Assembly: GCF_026210795.1 (NCBI RefSeq)
Contig: NC_089431.1
Span: 2,418,001-2,482,000 of the forward strand
DNA from: Rhizophagus irregularis
Lineage: Eukaryota
Reading direction: 5' to 3'
DNA: 64,000 nucleotides
Position 1 is the stretch's first letter. Every line of letters starts with the position of its first letter. The notes below the pieces were generated by a model that had not been told where the DNA came from, did no database searches, and worked only from the letters and a program-made list of their open reading frames with translations. Positions 10,509 to 24,278 of the stretch are shown in pieces. Both the position numbers and the translations under genes were made by a program.

Positions 10509-13500
10509 TTATTTCTTAACCTTTGAAACTTTGGTTGTTGACGCTTTCTTTGGTTTATCTTTGCTTGCAGCAGTTGGTTTACGAGTGGGAGCTTTTGATG
10601 TGGAAGATGATTTGGTTGTTGATGTTGATTTTTTCTCACGATTTTCTGCTGTTGCTGCAGCTTCCATCTCTTTGACCATTGAAGTAGCAACTTGTGGTCT
10701 TGATTTTCTACGGTTCTTTGTGCAACCACTTTCATCTAAAAGATGTGACTTCCAACCTTGTTCTGTCGCGGGCTTAACAACTGTTTTACAAAGAGGACAA
10801 CGAACAATATCTTGTCGAATAACCATACAAGCTTGTTTTGCCATGTGTTCAAGGTAATCATCAGCTTCGATGACTTCGCGACAGCGAGGACATTGTTTAA
10901 CGAATTTACTCTTATCACAATCATTCAACATATGGTCATCAAGAGTGGAAATTTCAAGAATCTACAAAATAAATTAATTCAGATAAGTTTCTGTTATTTT
11001 AACACAGAGTAATTTTTCATTTCAACTTACAATATTACATAAACGACAATTGGTCAATACAGGACAGTCGTTCCAATAATGAGTAACTAAATTGTCTTCA
11101 GTGAATCTATCATCGTGTTCATCGCAGAAAATACAATGTCTAAAGATAAAAAAAATAATATATATTAGAATAAAATAGATATCGTAAAGTCCGTTATCAA
11201 TATCACGAACAATACTTACCTATCACCTTTTGATTCATCAGTCTCGTCAGTTATTTTTTCAGGCTCTGCTGTTATTTTATTTTGCGCTGTAAAGGAAAAA
11301 AAACAATTAATAAATTAACAATATAAATAAATCTTTTCCGGTCTATAAAAGCGGTAGAAAATATGACTTTTTTTATTAAAAAAAAACTTACTCGCATTAA
11401 CAGAATTTTTTCTTCCACCTTTTGTTGCTGATTTATCATCTGTTGACCCTCTTCGGGATTCTGGTTTAGCTTTAGAACTAGCGGCGGATGATTTTGATGC
11501 CGAAGTTTTCTTACTTGATGCAGCTTTACTATCATCTTTAGATTTCTTCGCTGGAGCAGATTTGCTAGGAGCTGCTGATTTACTTCCACGAGCTGCTGGG
11601 GTTTTCTTAGTAGGAGCAGCAGCAGCCTTATCTTTTTGAGCTAATTCTTCTTTACGGAGTTGTTCTTCCTCTGCTTCAAGTTCCGCAGCTAATCGTTCTT
11701 CTTCAGCTGCTAATGCTAATTCCTCTTCATCGAGTTCTTGATGGTATGCTTTTGTAGCATTAACATGGTAATCATCGTATTCATCCTTCATTTTATGATT
11801 GGTATTATTCATCATATGTCGTACTTCCATTAATTGCTGTTCTAATCTATTAACTGTTCCACGTTTTGCTAATGGTTTTTGTAGTAATTCCTCATCTACT
11901 TCGAAATTTTCTTCTGCATTGGGGTTTTGTTTTGGTGAGGTAGGTGGTGAAGGCTCTCCTATAAAATAGTGAGGGTGACAAAATAAATAAATATATGAAT
12001 ACAAAAAAGTTTCATTTAACATAATAATTATATATATATATATATATTTTCAAATAATTTACCTGCAACTTTTCCTGTTGCTTCCCATTCTTTAAGGAGA
12101 TTCAAAATACTTTCTAATGACGAAGGTTGAACATCTGTAAGGTATTGTGCAACTTCTACTCTACCAATACGTTTAATAACTTCAAATACAAGTTTTACAG
12201 CAGAATCTTGAACATCGGTATGACTATTATTTAAATAAGATACTGCTAAATCCATAACAGCCTAATTAAAATTAAATTAATTTATATAATTATTAATAAG
12301 TGCTTCATTCAAAATTATTGTTATTTTTTTTTTTAAAAAAAAAAAGTTTAAGATATTGTTATTAAATACTCACGTCAAGACTTAATTTGTTATCTTTATC
12401 AAATTTTCCTTTTGGAATTACAACAACTCCAAATTCTTCTACCAATCGAATTATAAGCTCAACTGTAGGTTTTGCTCTTTTTAATGATTGTGAAGATGTT
12501 TTTGCTGGTTTGAGAACTATTGATAATACTGATTGAGTCGGTGTTCGATAAGTCTTGGCTAATAAGATAAACAATTCAGTAGAATTTTGTTTTACGCGTT
12601 CATTTGGATCCGCTACTTTGCTGAACAATAATTCATAGAGATTTTCAACAAATTTCCATGTTGACATATTGGGAATTTGATAATGAGTGCCAAATCCTAT
12701 AATAAAATTAATTATATAAATAAAATAAAATAAATATACAAATTCAAATAACATATGAAATATATGAAATATATGTATTTATATTTTAAACTTACTGAGT
12801 ATTTTCTTCCAAAGGATTAAAACTTGTAATGATAACTCTTCATTGTTATCATCCAAAGCCTCTTGCATAATTTGATAAGTTGCTTTAACTAATGAAACCT
12901 AATAAAAAAAAAAATATACATAAATATAAATATTTTATTCAACAATAAATATTTATTAAATCAAACATTATTAATTCAACAAACATTAACTTACTTTATC
13001 AAGACCTTCAACATGCAAACCTTCGCCATCAATATCAATTCTTTTAATAACATCTGCTATAGCAGATTCTTTTAGTATAGAGTCCTTGGACAATAGGCGC
13101 ACAATAACATTATCTCCAAAGTATGGAATTGATAATGCAAAGGCGGATCTTGCTAGATCTGATAATATAGGACCGTTTTCGGTAAATTCATCTTTTGGTG
13201 GATATTCTGGATATTCTTCTTCTCTTGAGATATAAGCCGTCATAGGTCTATCATCTACAAACGGTGTCCAAGGTAAAGGGGTTGTTGAATGAGTAGGTGT
13301 AGTAGGTGCTGAAAATTCTTGTTGTTGATCATACGTGTAATTGTTATAACTACCTAAAAATCGGTTTACTGATGCATCACTGCTTGTTCGGCTTTTTTGC
13401 ATTGACGGAAACATTGGTTCTGGAGCACGCGCACCAGATCGGTCTAATGATGCATTGCTGCTTGTTCGGCTTTTTGAAACATATGCAGTGGTTGCAAATA

Positions 13501-16500
13501 AATAATTTTGCTGAAGCTGGTGTTCATTTCCAGAAAGTACACCAGTTACGTCAGATGATCCATTCTAAAAAAACAAGAAACTATTACTACACTTAACCTT
13601 TACAATAAAAATAAATTTCTATATAAACCATACTCGATATAACAAAGTATTTATCATATTTTAAATAATTTAAGTAAGCCGTCGAATACATATCGAACAC
13701 AAAAAAGAAAAAAAAAACTATTCTACAACTAATGTTCTAATATTCTACAGTTATATAATTGATACATTTTTAGTTTGACCCTATAAATTCGATATAAACT
13801 ATTTTACAAATTTACATACTAAATATATACTAGTTATATATTACAATAACCCCGTTCAACAGGACAATACAAGATTTTTGACCAGTCAAATATCCGTATC
13901 ATTCCGAAAGATTTATAAGGTCAACCTCTTTTTTTTTTGAATTTCTATATATTTACACGTCTTCCAAATTTTACTTTTCGCGGAAAGCGACATCTGCGAC
14001 TCACCTCAACATCATCCGCTAATCCTATAATGTCTTGTAATGATGGATCAGATATAATGACCTCTCCCGATTCATCCAAATCTAAACCTTCGTCAGATAA
14101 AATTACGCGAACTTCTCCTCTAATTTCTTCTATTTCACGCTATTGTTTAGTAAAATAATAATAATGTTAATGGTGTTGAAATATAAATAATAAAAAATAT
14201 AAATCATATATTGAATAACTTGCCTTATATTTGTCAGCATTGTCAAAGTCTTCCTCTTCAACGGCTTTCTTTTTTAATTCTTCAAAATTGCAAACTTCTT
14301 CAGAAGTCTTGAAAACAAAGCAAATTTTATAATAAATTAGTATTTATTAGAATAATTTTATTTAAAAATTTATTTATTCATACGAATTTTACCTTTTTAA
14401 CTAATTCTGTACAATATTTCAAAACTTTTGCCAAGTTGAAATCTTCCACTATAAAAATAGTAAAAAAAAGGTTAGTATAGAATAATTATTTTAAGCTGCA
14501 CTTTTAAAATATTCAAATAGCTTGCCTTTCACCGCAGCCTGTTTTGCTCTGCCAAACGCAGCTAGCAATTTTTCCGTCTCCTCGCCATTTGACAAAAAAT
14601 CATTGGCGGTTACCGGATTGTTGTTTTTGATCGTTTGGTTATTATTGGGTGATGGGGTGGTAGTATTGTTATTTGGCACTGATAATGATGAGTTGGGAAG
14701 AATAGAATACAATGATGTGAAATTTCTTTGATCATTGGGTGCAATATCTTGGACGAAGGGGACGATACATGTCTCGGGCGAAGCTACACGTGACAGACCT
14801 TCGTCAGCATGCTAAAAAAAAAGATATTTAAGATACATAAAAGTTAATATCAAGTTTTAATTGAGAATTATATTATTAAAGTAGTAACATACCTCGATAG
14901 GGATTTTTTGACTTTCACCTGCAAGTAAATAATCCGCTGGTTCACCCATGACGGCTATTCCTACTATACCAACCTATAATTAAGAAATAAAATAATTTTT
15001 TCCTTAGGGATTTTTTTATAACCAAAAATCAATTTACTTAATTATTTACCTGATTGTATTGATTTAAATGATTTGAATAACAACGACGAGCGACCAATCT
15101 TATATATTCGCATTCAGTATCAAGACGAACGGATTTTAATTCTCGAGCTTTATAATTTGCTCGTTCGTTGCTATCAAGGGCACAATATCTATAAATTCAA
15201 TAATAATAACATTTTAAAAAAAATTTCTTCCTATTATGTTACGACATTTTTTCACATGATAAATTTAAAGCGCGTACCCTAGTCGTTTAAATAGGATATA
15301 AGGTCTATTATCGGGTTTCACTATTTCATATTCATTGTCTTCTGAAGATATTGATGACTCTTCATCATCATCTGGATTTATACCATCATTATCTATCATT
15401 TTTGGAAGTTTATCCCAGGATAACTTGGATAATGTCCTATTTTCATTATTGCTACCTCCAGTATATATGTCTTCCATTCCCACCATTTCTTTTCTTTGCT
15501 GTACAGACCCAACATATATATCTAATTTTGTTGCAATTTTATAATGATGCGATAATATTTGTAATTTTCGAATTCTAGCTGCTCCACATGATACTTGCAA
15601 TATTATTTCTTGTGGGTATTTACAATATCTTTATAATATATTAATTTTTTAATAAAAAAAATATAAAATAATATAATCACATGATCAAGTTGGATCGGAA
15701 TGATTAAAAAAGTTCGGATAAAAAAAAGAGAGAAAATTAGTTAATAATAAAATTTTAAAATTCCCCTAAATTCTCTAAATTCAAATATAAAAATGTAACA
15801 TTTCTTCGATGGTAATCACGTGTCTTAAATAACTTTGTGTACTTGTGAACCCGTGTTACATGACTTGTTACACGAACAATAATAATCACAAAATTTAAAT
15901 ATTTTACCTTTCCGATTGCCATCCCTTTCCATGTTTAATACTTCCTTCTTTTGATAAATTTTTATTGTCTTTTGGTAAAAGTTGATGTGGTGGATAATTA
16001 TCATCCCATCCTGTTACATGTACAATTTCATATTCTAAATGTTGTAATGACATAGTAGCCGTTCCTTCTTGTGAAGGTATTGATGTTTGTGCTAAGGAAT
16101 CCAGTTTGTTATCGGCAACGTAAGTTAATAAAGGTGAAGCTTCTTTTGTCTCTTGATTATCTTCAATATTTGTAGTGTTATTTAGAATATTAGAAATTTC
16201 AAGTTGAGCAGATTCAATATTAAGAGGTTCTTCAATATTGTCGTCCGTAACACTACTATATTCAGTTTCTTTATTATTTACACCTTTTTCTTCTTGTTGT
16301 TCGTTATTTATATTATTTACTATTACTTGTTCTGATTCAGAAATTCCTTCGGCTACTTGTTCAGATTCAAAAGTTTTTTCAGTTACTTTTTCCGGTTCAG
16401 AAGTATCTTCAACTACTATTTCCGATTTAGAAGTTTCTTCAGTTACTTTTTCCGATTCGGAAGTTTCTTCAATTACTTTTTCCGATTCAGAAGTTTCTTC

Positions 16501-16674
16501 AACAACAGGTGAAACTATTTCTTCTGTTTCTGTCTCTGTAATATCAGTTGTTGAAATAACTTCAGTTGTTTCGGAAGGGGATGACTCGTATTCTTCTTGG
16601 GACGGTTTTTCTTGGCTCGGAGGAATTTGCGATGAAAGTGGAACACTACTTGTCTGTTGTTGTTGTTCAACCAT
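10509..16674 (-). CDS. CEP104: Centrosomal protein of 104 kDa-like (jelly-roll domain, coiled coil, TOG, C-terminal zinc-finger array); multi-exon
   Basis: Spliced reading gives GWQSER|YCKYPQEIILQ...IRKLQILSHHYKIATK...KARELKSV...NQYNQ|VGIVGIAVMG (jelly-roll). The coiled coil is KQAAVKVEDF / KKKAVEEEDFDNA. HEAT/TOG exons lie at 12.0-13.1 kb. Zinc fingers are CIFCDEHD...HYWNDCPVLTNC..C, HMLNDC, CPRC and RCPLC. This matches the CEP104 domain order. Confidence 0.88.
16320..16500 (-). repeat. 30-bp coding tandem repeat (xETSESEKVx) in the CEP104 N-terminal extension
   Basis: EETSESEKVI EETSESEKVT EETSKSEIVV EDTSEPEKVT EKTFESEQVA EGISESEQVI. Confidence 0.8.
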
Positions 16675-19600
16675 GTTTCAAAAGTTCGAAATTGAAATAA
16701 AACGTAAAGAATTTTGAGTTTTTTTTTTAAAAAAAATAATAAATAAATAAAAAAATGATTTTTAATTGAGGAATTGATAATTTTTTTTTTTTTTTAAAAG
16801 AAAAATAATAATTTTTTTTTTGATTGTTTTTATGTTTTCTTATCGCTCTATATATAATCATTTTTTTTCTCACAAGTTATAAACCTTTTTTTTTTCTAAA
16901 AGGTCCTTGATTTGATGGACTACAACATCATACAGCATCATCATACATGGAGAAGAACGGTTGAAAGACACGCCACTAAACCTTTTAATTTAGCCAATCC
17001 ATATGTGCATATATCCATAATTGATAAGACATATATGCAGATCAATCTAAGAGAGAGATGTTCCCTGCCGGATGTTGTATCAAATTGATTATTTAAGTAT
17101 AGACTGCAGATGATTCTGCTTTATTCTTATGATACTCTTGTGAATCATACTTTTCATAATTTAAATGATCGAAGAGCGAAAAAAAAAATCATAAAGAAAA
17201 AGTGTACAAAAAAAAAAAAATATTGTACACGAAAGCAATTGAAAAATAAAAAAGGAAACAAAAAAAAAAAATTAAAGTTTGAAAAATATGTACATATGAA
17301 ACTTTACCTGTGAAAATAGTTATAAAAGTAGTAGAGCAACTACTTTTTTTAAAAGTGTGCGTGCGTTATATTGTGGGTAGTGTGAAGTTTTCGAAATAGA
17401 GGGTGCTTAAGTTTGTTTGAGACCGTCTGATAAAAATAAAATAAAATATTATATATATATATATTTTTTTTTCCGAAAGGTATATAATAAAATTATAAAA
17501 GGGGAAAGGAAAAAAAAAATTTATAAAATGTGACTTAAAAAGAAAAAAAATTGTTCGTTTTTCTATGTTTAAAAAAAAAATAATGATTTTTTTTCCCTTA
17601 GTTATTATTAAAAAATATATTACTTTTTAGAGGTTTATCGAGAAAGAAATATATATATACGATTTTTTTTTTATATTATTAACTTTTTTTAGTCTTATTG
17701 TTGGGAAAAAGGTTTTGGGAATGAGGGATAAAGAAAAAAAAATAAAAAAATAAAAAAATAAAATAAATAATAGAATAAACGGTGGAGAGAGTCAAAACAA
17801 AATATAAAATAACGAGTTCCCAGCAAGCTTTCTTTTTAACTGACTGAAAACTCAAATAATGAGGGAACGAATTGACAATCTCTCAGGGGAAAAGGTGTAA
17901 AGGGGAAGAAAGGTAAAAAAAAAAGTATAAAAAAAAAATAAATAAATAAAAAATTAAACACGCAGTCACGTACCTTTTTTGATTTTTTTTTATTAGTCAA
18001 TTTTTTCCTTTAGTATAACCTTTAGTATAAAAATTTGGAGGAATATTATTAGCGGAAAATTAGTTATAATAATAAATTTTTTTGGCGGGATAGATTTACT
18101 ATACACAGAAAAGTGTCAAACGAAACACGAAGCAACGGTTTCTGTAAAGCAATAAATTATTATTGGTCTATTAACCGAAATCGGGCATTTAAATTTTAAC
18201 GTGGGTTTATTGAACGTATATTTTGTAAAATGTTACCTAATTTATGCAAACATGTTTGACAGTAATTTATTCACAATATTTACTTGTAAAACTTGTAAAA
18301 AAAAATTCTATTGTACTAAAAATATAACTTTATTTTATTTGCTCACCTTTTTAATATAAATATATATAATATAATATTTTTAAGATTTTTGAAGATCAAA
18401 GGAAGAAAGAAAAAAAAAATGCCAGAAGTCCAGCTGGATTAAAAGCTAAAAGGTCGAATATAAATAAGAAAATCTTACTTTTAGATAATTATAATTGGGA
18501 ATTGCTGCGAGGTAAAGCAGAAATTTACTTTTTTGGCAAAAAAAAACTGTCAGAACGGTGAGCAGCAGACAGTTTGCATGAAGTGGGGAAATTGAGGCGG
18601 CAAAAGAAAAAGGGAAAAAATGAAAGCATATATTTATACTTATTTTTTATTTTATACAATAATTTATAGGTAATAAAATGATAACACAAATAGACAAATA
18701 TAGTACATTGTGTCATTAATATAGTCCATCTCTTTCATAAACAAATGAATGCAAAAGCGAGGAAGGACCGAAAGTTTAAATTACAATAAAGTATCTTTTG
18801 AGTTTATTGATGGTAACTAGAATAGTTATCGGTTAGACTAATCTAAAATGAACGGAGGAAGAATTGGGTTTCGTCATTTGATGAACATTCCATTCTATCT
18901 TTGTAATAACCATGATTAAATTATATAAACTATAAAATCTGGTTATAAAGCAGGTAAATCTTGCCACAGCCGGAAATAAATAAATATAATTGGTTATTTG
19001 AAAGTTAATATTAGTAAAACTAAATGGGGACGGCGTATTCCGCGCACGCATTTAAATGAAAATAAATATGTAAATACGTAAATATGTAAATATGGGGCGC
19101 AAAAATATTTTTTCTATAATAACGCTTTGGGCGCTTTGGTAATTGGAATTTTTTTTTTTAACGTTGTACAAGAACAGTTCTTCCCCAGATTATTAGTTAA
19201 TTAATAGGCGCGGAAAAGAACGAAGATCACTTTGTTACTAAACTTTTAATCTGCATAAAATCTTTACCAAAAATGTTAATTAAAGTTAAGGGAATATCTA
19301 GTATAAAAAACAATGTTACAAAATTACAGTATAAATAAGATCGTAAATAAAAAGTTGTGACGTTAATTTTGACATTTTTCTAATATGGAAAATCATTTGT
19401 TGAAAATCAAATGATCACAACAAATAATCAAGTGTAAAAAAAAAATATTTTAGTATCACAAGTAATATACCACGTTCTATGTCAAGTATATAACAGGTGT
19501 GATGGCTATGCTTATATGCTGTCTATGCTTTTGTCTAGCGTCACCCCAATTTTTTAACTTGTAAAATATGTTACTCTTGTTACTCTTTACTATATTTGCT

Positions 19601-20560
19601 ATATATTTATTTTTTTAAATTGTTTTCATTCCTATTGTTCTTTATTTTCTCCTGAATTGTCCTTTTTTTTTATCACACAAAAGAAAAAAAGAATTTTTTA
19701 ATGAAAGAACATTTTTTATAATATTTGATAAAACAAAAATCTTTCTTTCTTTGAAAAATATTGCTGAAATTTAACCGATGAAAACATTACATCACATGCT
19801 TGTTATTTATGTAACAAAGTAAAATGTGAGTAATGTATACTATGTACATATGGAATTTTTTCTTTTTTTCGTTAAAAAAAAAAAAGTAACAAAGTGAGGT
19901 TTTTTTTTCTTTGTTGAATGATAATCAGGTAATTGTTCAAATGTCTTTCTTCTTTATCATTTCCACTATGTAATGCTCTGTAAGGAAAATTGAAATTCAC
20001 GCTTCAAACTCATGTAAATAAACGGGTTTTATATTAGTTTTGTACTTTTTGTTAACTAATAATGTATTAGTTAATGTTCATTATATCAAGTATTTAATCA
20101 AGAAATATAATAATCGTAAAATTATTACCGATTGTTATTGTTACAACGCGTTCTTCACTGAAATTTTTATTTTTGTCGATTATTTTCGCGATTCATCACA
20201 AAAAAAGTATTTTTATGTCACCTTTTCGAATTTTATTTATTTTATTTATACAAATAAAAAATATATATATACAGTCCTCTTGAAAATAATGCAACAAATT
20301 ACATATTGTCCCTTACTCTCACATGACAAAACAATGATCTTTGTAAATGTCACGTGAATTTTCACAATAGTTTCATATTGTCCATTTTACAATTCTTTGC
20401 TGCGTATGTATGTATAAATCTATATTCAGTCATCAGTGTCATCAAGAAAACTGATAATATTATTCATGACACACATACGGACAATATGAAACACTAATTA
20501 TTTTCAAATCAGATAGCATACATACATACACAGTAATGGACAATATTTAAAACTTTTAAA

Positions 20561-20808
20561 GACACTGAATATTTTTAAGTCAGACTGCACACATACGTAG
20601 TAAGAATAGCATACAGTATAAATGACATTGAATATTTTTAAGTCAGACTGCACACATACGTAGTAAGAATAGCATACAGTATAAATGACATTGAATATTT
20701 TTAAGTCAGATTGCACACATATGTAGTAAGAATAGCATACAGTATAAATGACATTGAATATTTTTAAGTCAGACTGCACACATACGTAGTAAGAATGGCA
20801 TACAGTGT
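20561..20808. repeat. 63-bp tandem repeat, ~4 copies
   Basis: Unit gacattgaatatttttaagtcagactgcacacatacgtagtaagaatagcatacagtataaat is repeated near-perfectly. Confidence 0.9.
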
Positions 20809-21752
20809 AAAATGACAGTGCATCTACGAACTACAGTTATAATAGCAATTATAAATGCTGCTAAAAGATCACTCGCCATAAATTCCTGTCAAGAAATTTA
20901 CACATTTCTAATTAATTGTTAATTTTTTTAAAATTCTGCCAATATGTCCTTTTTTCGATTCTCTCCGATTTCTTCCGATTTGGTGAAAAAACTAAAAATT
21001 ACAATCTTCTCACATCATTATAAACATCAAGAATACAATATTTTAGGGTAATGAATATCAAGAGGAAAATCGCGTCCGATCGACAATCAAATGCGCGTAT
21101 TATCATGGCACGTGGTACTCCTGGTACTCCGCCGGTTGTTTATTCTTAAGATATTCACTAAACTTCTCGGAAAACAGAAAACACTTACCTGACAAACTGG
21201 CATATATTTGTATTACATTTATATGTACACTGTAAAGAAAGTTAGGTGATACTGGTCAAGAAGGTAAACTTTTGCGGGTTTGCCTACTTTGACTGTTGAT
21301 AAACATTTAAACATTGGGTAACATAACATGGCGCATAATTAGTTTAGAAAAGTAGCCTGATCCAAAAAAATCGGTTACCAGTAGTAAATATTTTTTTTTA
21401 AAAAAAAAAATTTAACGAATTTTTTTTGTTATTTTCTAAATAAATAAAAATGCAAAATTACACAATAATTGATGAAAAACAATTTTTTTGACATTTTTTT
21501 TTTCAAAAAACCCCAAAACAAAATATTTTTTTTTTTTTAAATACTCCAATTATCATCATTGAAAAAAAAATTTGGGAAATATACAAAATAAAATGTTGTG
21601 TTACTACCGATAATTTCTTCTAAACGATCATCATTTTGGAGAGATAATCTAATAGATATTTTGATGTTAGATTTAATTTACTTGATCTAAAATTCGAATC
21701 ATCGTTTTTTTTTAAGCCCATTTTTTATGAAAATTTTTTTGAATTCGAAAAA

Positions 21753-23982
21753 ATGTCTACGGAAAGGTAAATTATTTATATTCGAATTCAAGAAATTTAT
21801 CGGGGAATTAATTCATTTTTTTTTTTAAAAAAAAAAAAAAAAGAAAAATTTTGTTACTTGGCTCTGGTTTCGTTGCTGGTCCCACAGTAGAATATATTTT
21901 ACGGAGACCAGAAAATCATTTGACTATCGGTATATTATTTATTTGAATCAATAATTTATAATTTTTTTTTTATTTTAAAAAAATTCTAATTTTTTTTAAA
22001 ATTTGAATTTGAATTTAGCGTGTAGACGTATTGCAGCTGCTGAAGCTCTTGCCAAACAATTTTCTCGAGCAAAATCAGAATCAATAGATGTTACAAATGA
22101 GGGAGCACTAGATGAGATTGTTTCACGTCATGATCTGGTTATTAGGTGATATACTTTCTTATACTGTCCACGATATTTTTTTACATGTACATATTAACAA
22201 TATTTTTTTTTCTTTAGTTTGATCCCATATACAAATCATCCATTGGTTCTAAAATCTGCAATTAAATTCGGAAAAAATGTGGTCACAACTAGTTATGTCT
22301 CTCCTGCTATGAGAGAATTTCATGATGCGTAAGATTCCTTTTTCTTTCATCACGATTCATTTTCATTTTTAAGCTCAATAATTTATAATTATTTATTTAT
22401 ATAGTGCTATAGAAAAAAATTTGACCATATTAAATGAAATTGGTCTCGATCCTGGTAATTATACGAAATAATAAATAGAAATGTTTTTTTTCTTAACTTA
22501 ATCATATATTCTTTTTCGTGTTTTTTTAGGTATTGATCATTTATATGCGGTGAAGACAATAAATGAAGTTCACGAAGCTGATGGAGAAGTAAGAATTTAA
22601 TTGAATATTATTATTATTGTTGTTATTTTATGTGTGATAAGCCCTTTAATATTTTTTTTTTATTTTTAGATTATATCCTTCATTTCTTATTGTGGTGGTT
22701 TACCAGCTCCAGAATGTTCTAATAATCCTCTTGGATATAAATTTAGTTGGTCATCTCGTGGTGTTTTATTGGCATTACGAAACAGTGCTAAATTTTATCA
22801 AGATGGAAAGGTGAATATAATTAAAATTAAAAAAAAAACTTTTTAATTATACAATTTAAATTCATTTATTTAACATGATTTTAGATTGTTGAAATTCCTG
22901 GAACTGAATTAATGTCATCTGCGAAACCATATTTTATATATCCAGCTTTTGCTTTTCTATGTTACGCTAATCGGGATTCTACACCTTTTAAAGAATATTA
23001 TAATATTCCAGAAGCTCAAAATATTGTTAGAGGTACATTAAGATATCAAGGTTTTACGGATTTCGTTAAAGTATTAGTTAAGATTGGTTTATTAGATGAT
23101 TCAAATCAAAATTATTTGCATTTCAATTCACCGGAAATTACTTGGGTTCGTATATAAATAAATATTTCTTTTATATTTTTTTTTCTAAATTATTTAAATT
23201 AAATCCCCCAAATATATATATTTATTTATTTAGAGAGAAGTTATTGCCAAAGTGCTTAATACATCAAACAATACAGAAGAGTAATTAAATCAATTGAATT
23301 TATTTGCTTGTTTATCCCGGAAAAAATAATCGTTCTAATAACTAAAAATTAATAATTTCAGTGAATTAAGGAAAGCTATCAAATCCACTATAGCAGAAAA
23401 TGAAATAAGCAAAGATGAAATTGAAAGAATTCTTAAAGGATTTAAATGGCTTGGATTATTTTCAGATAAACCAATTCGTCGTTGTGGTACATTACTTGAT
23501 ACTTTGTGTGCTACATTAGAGGAAAAAATGCAATATGAAGAAGGAGAACGTGATATGGTTATCCTTCAACATAAATTTGAAATTAAATTAAAAGATGGCA
23601 CAAGGGTATGTACTTATGTACTTATTAAATATATACATGCGTGTAAGTTGTATATCTTGTTTTATAAATTTTGTTTGTCCTTTAGGAAACTTGGACATCG
23701 ACATTATTGGAATATGGAAAACCACCAGGACCATCCGCAATGTCTACATTGGTTGGGATACCATGTGGTATTGCTGTTCAATTAATATTAGATGGTAATT
23801 TTTTAACAATTTTTATGTATATAAAAATGAAATGCAGTTAATTAAAATTTTTTTTTTTAAAAAAAAAAATAGGTGTGATTAAGAAGAGAGGTGTTTTGGC
23901 ACCTTATACACCAGAAATTATTAATCCTATTATTGCAGAATTAGAAAAGGAAGGAATTAAAGTCAAAGAAGAAAAGTTATAA
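21753..23982 (+). CDS. LYS9: Saccharopine dehydrogenase (NADP+, L-glutamate-forming); multi-exon
   Basis: Spliced reading: [18 protein letters not shown]...VVTTSYVS...[14 protein letters not shown]...[26 protein letters not shown]...YANRDS...RGTLRYQGF...[11 protein letters not shown]...[12 protein letters not shown]. Stop TAA at 23980-23982. Confidence 0.95.
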
Positions 23983-24278
23983 ATTTATTTTGCATTTTAA
24001 AATATACATGTGTAGGAAAAAAGTGTGATGTAAATAATTAATAAAACTTCTTTTTTTATTTGTACGTAAATTTTAAAAATAATTTGAATTTCTTACAACT
24101 ATCATTTGTTTAAAATAACTAATATTTTAATCTAAAATACTTTTTAGCATGAGCACGGATGGTTTTTAAGACTCAAATTTAATTAATATGTAAAAATGAA
24201 AATAAAAATAAATAATGACAATTAAAAATAACCCAATTAATAACCGATTAACAACAAAAAAAACGATAATAATATACT

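Noticed and set aside
20504..20779. 91-aa ORF with 21-aa periodicity; CRISPR-like look
   Set aside because: A by-product of a 63-bp tandem repeat with no unique spacers.
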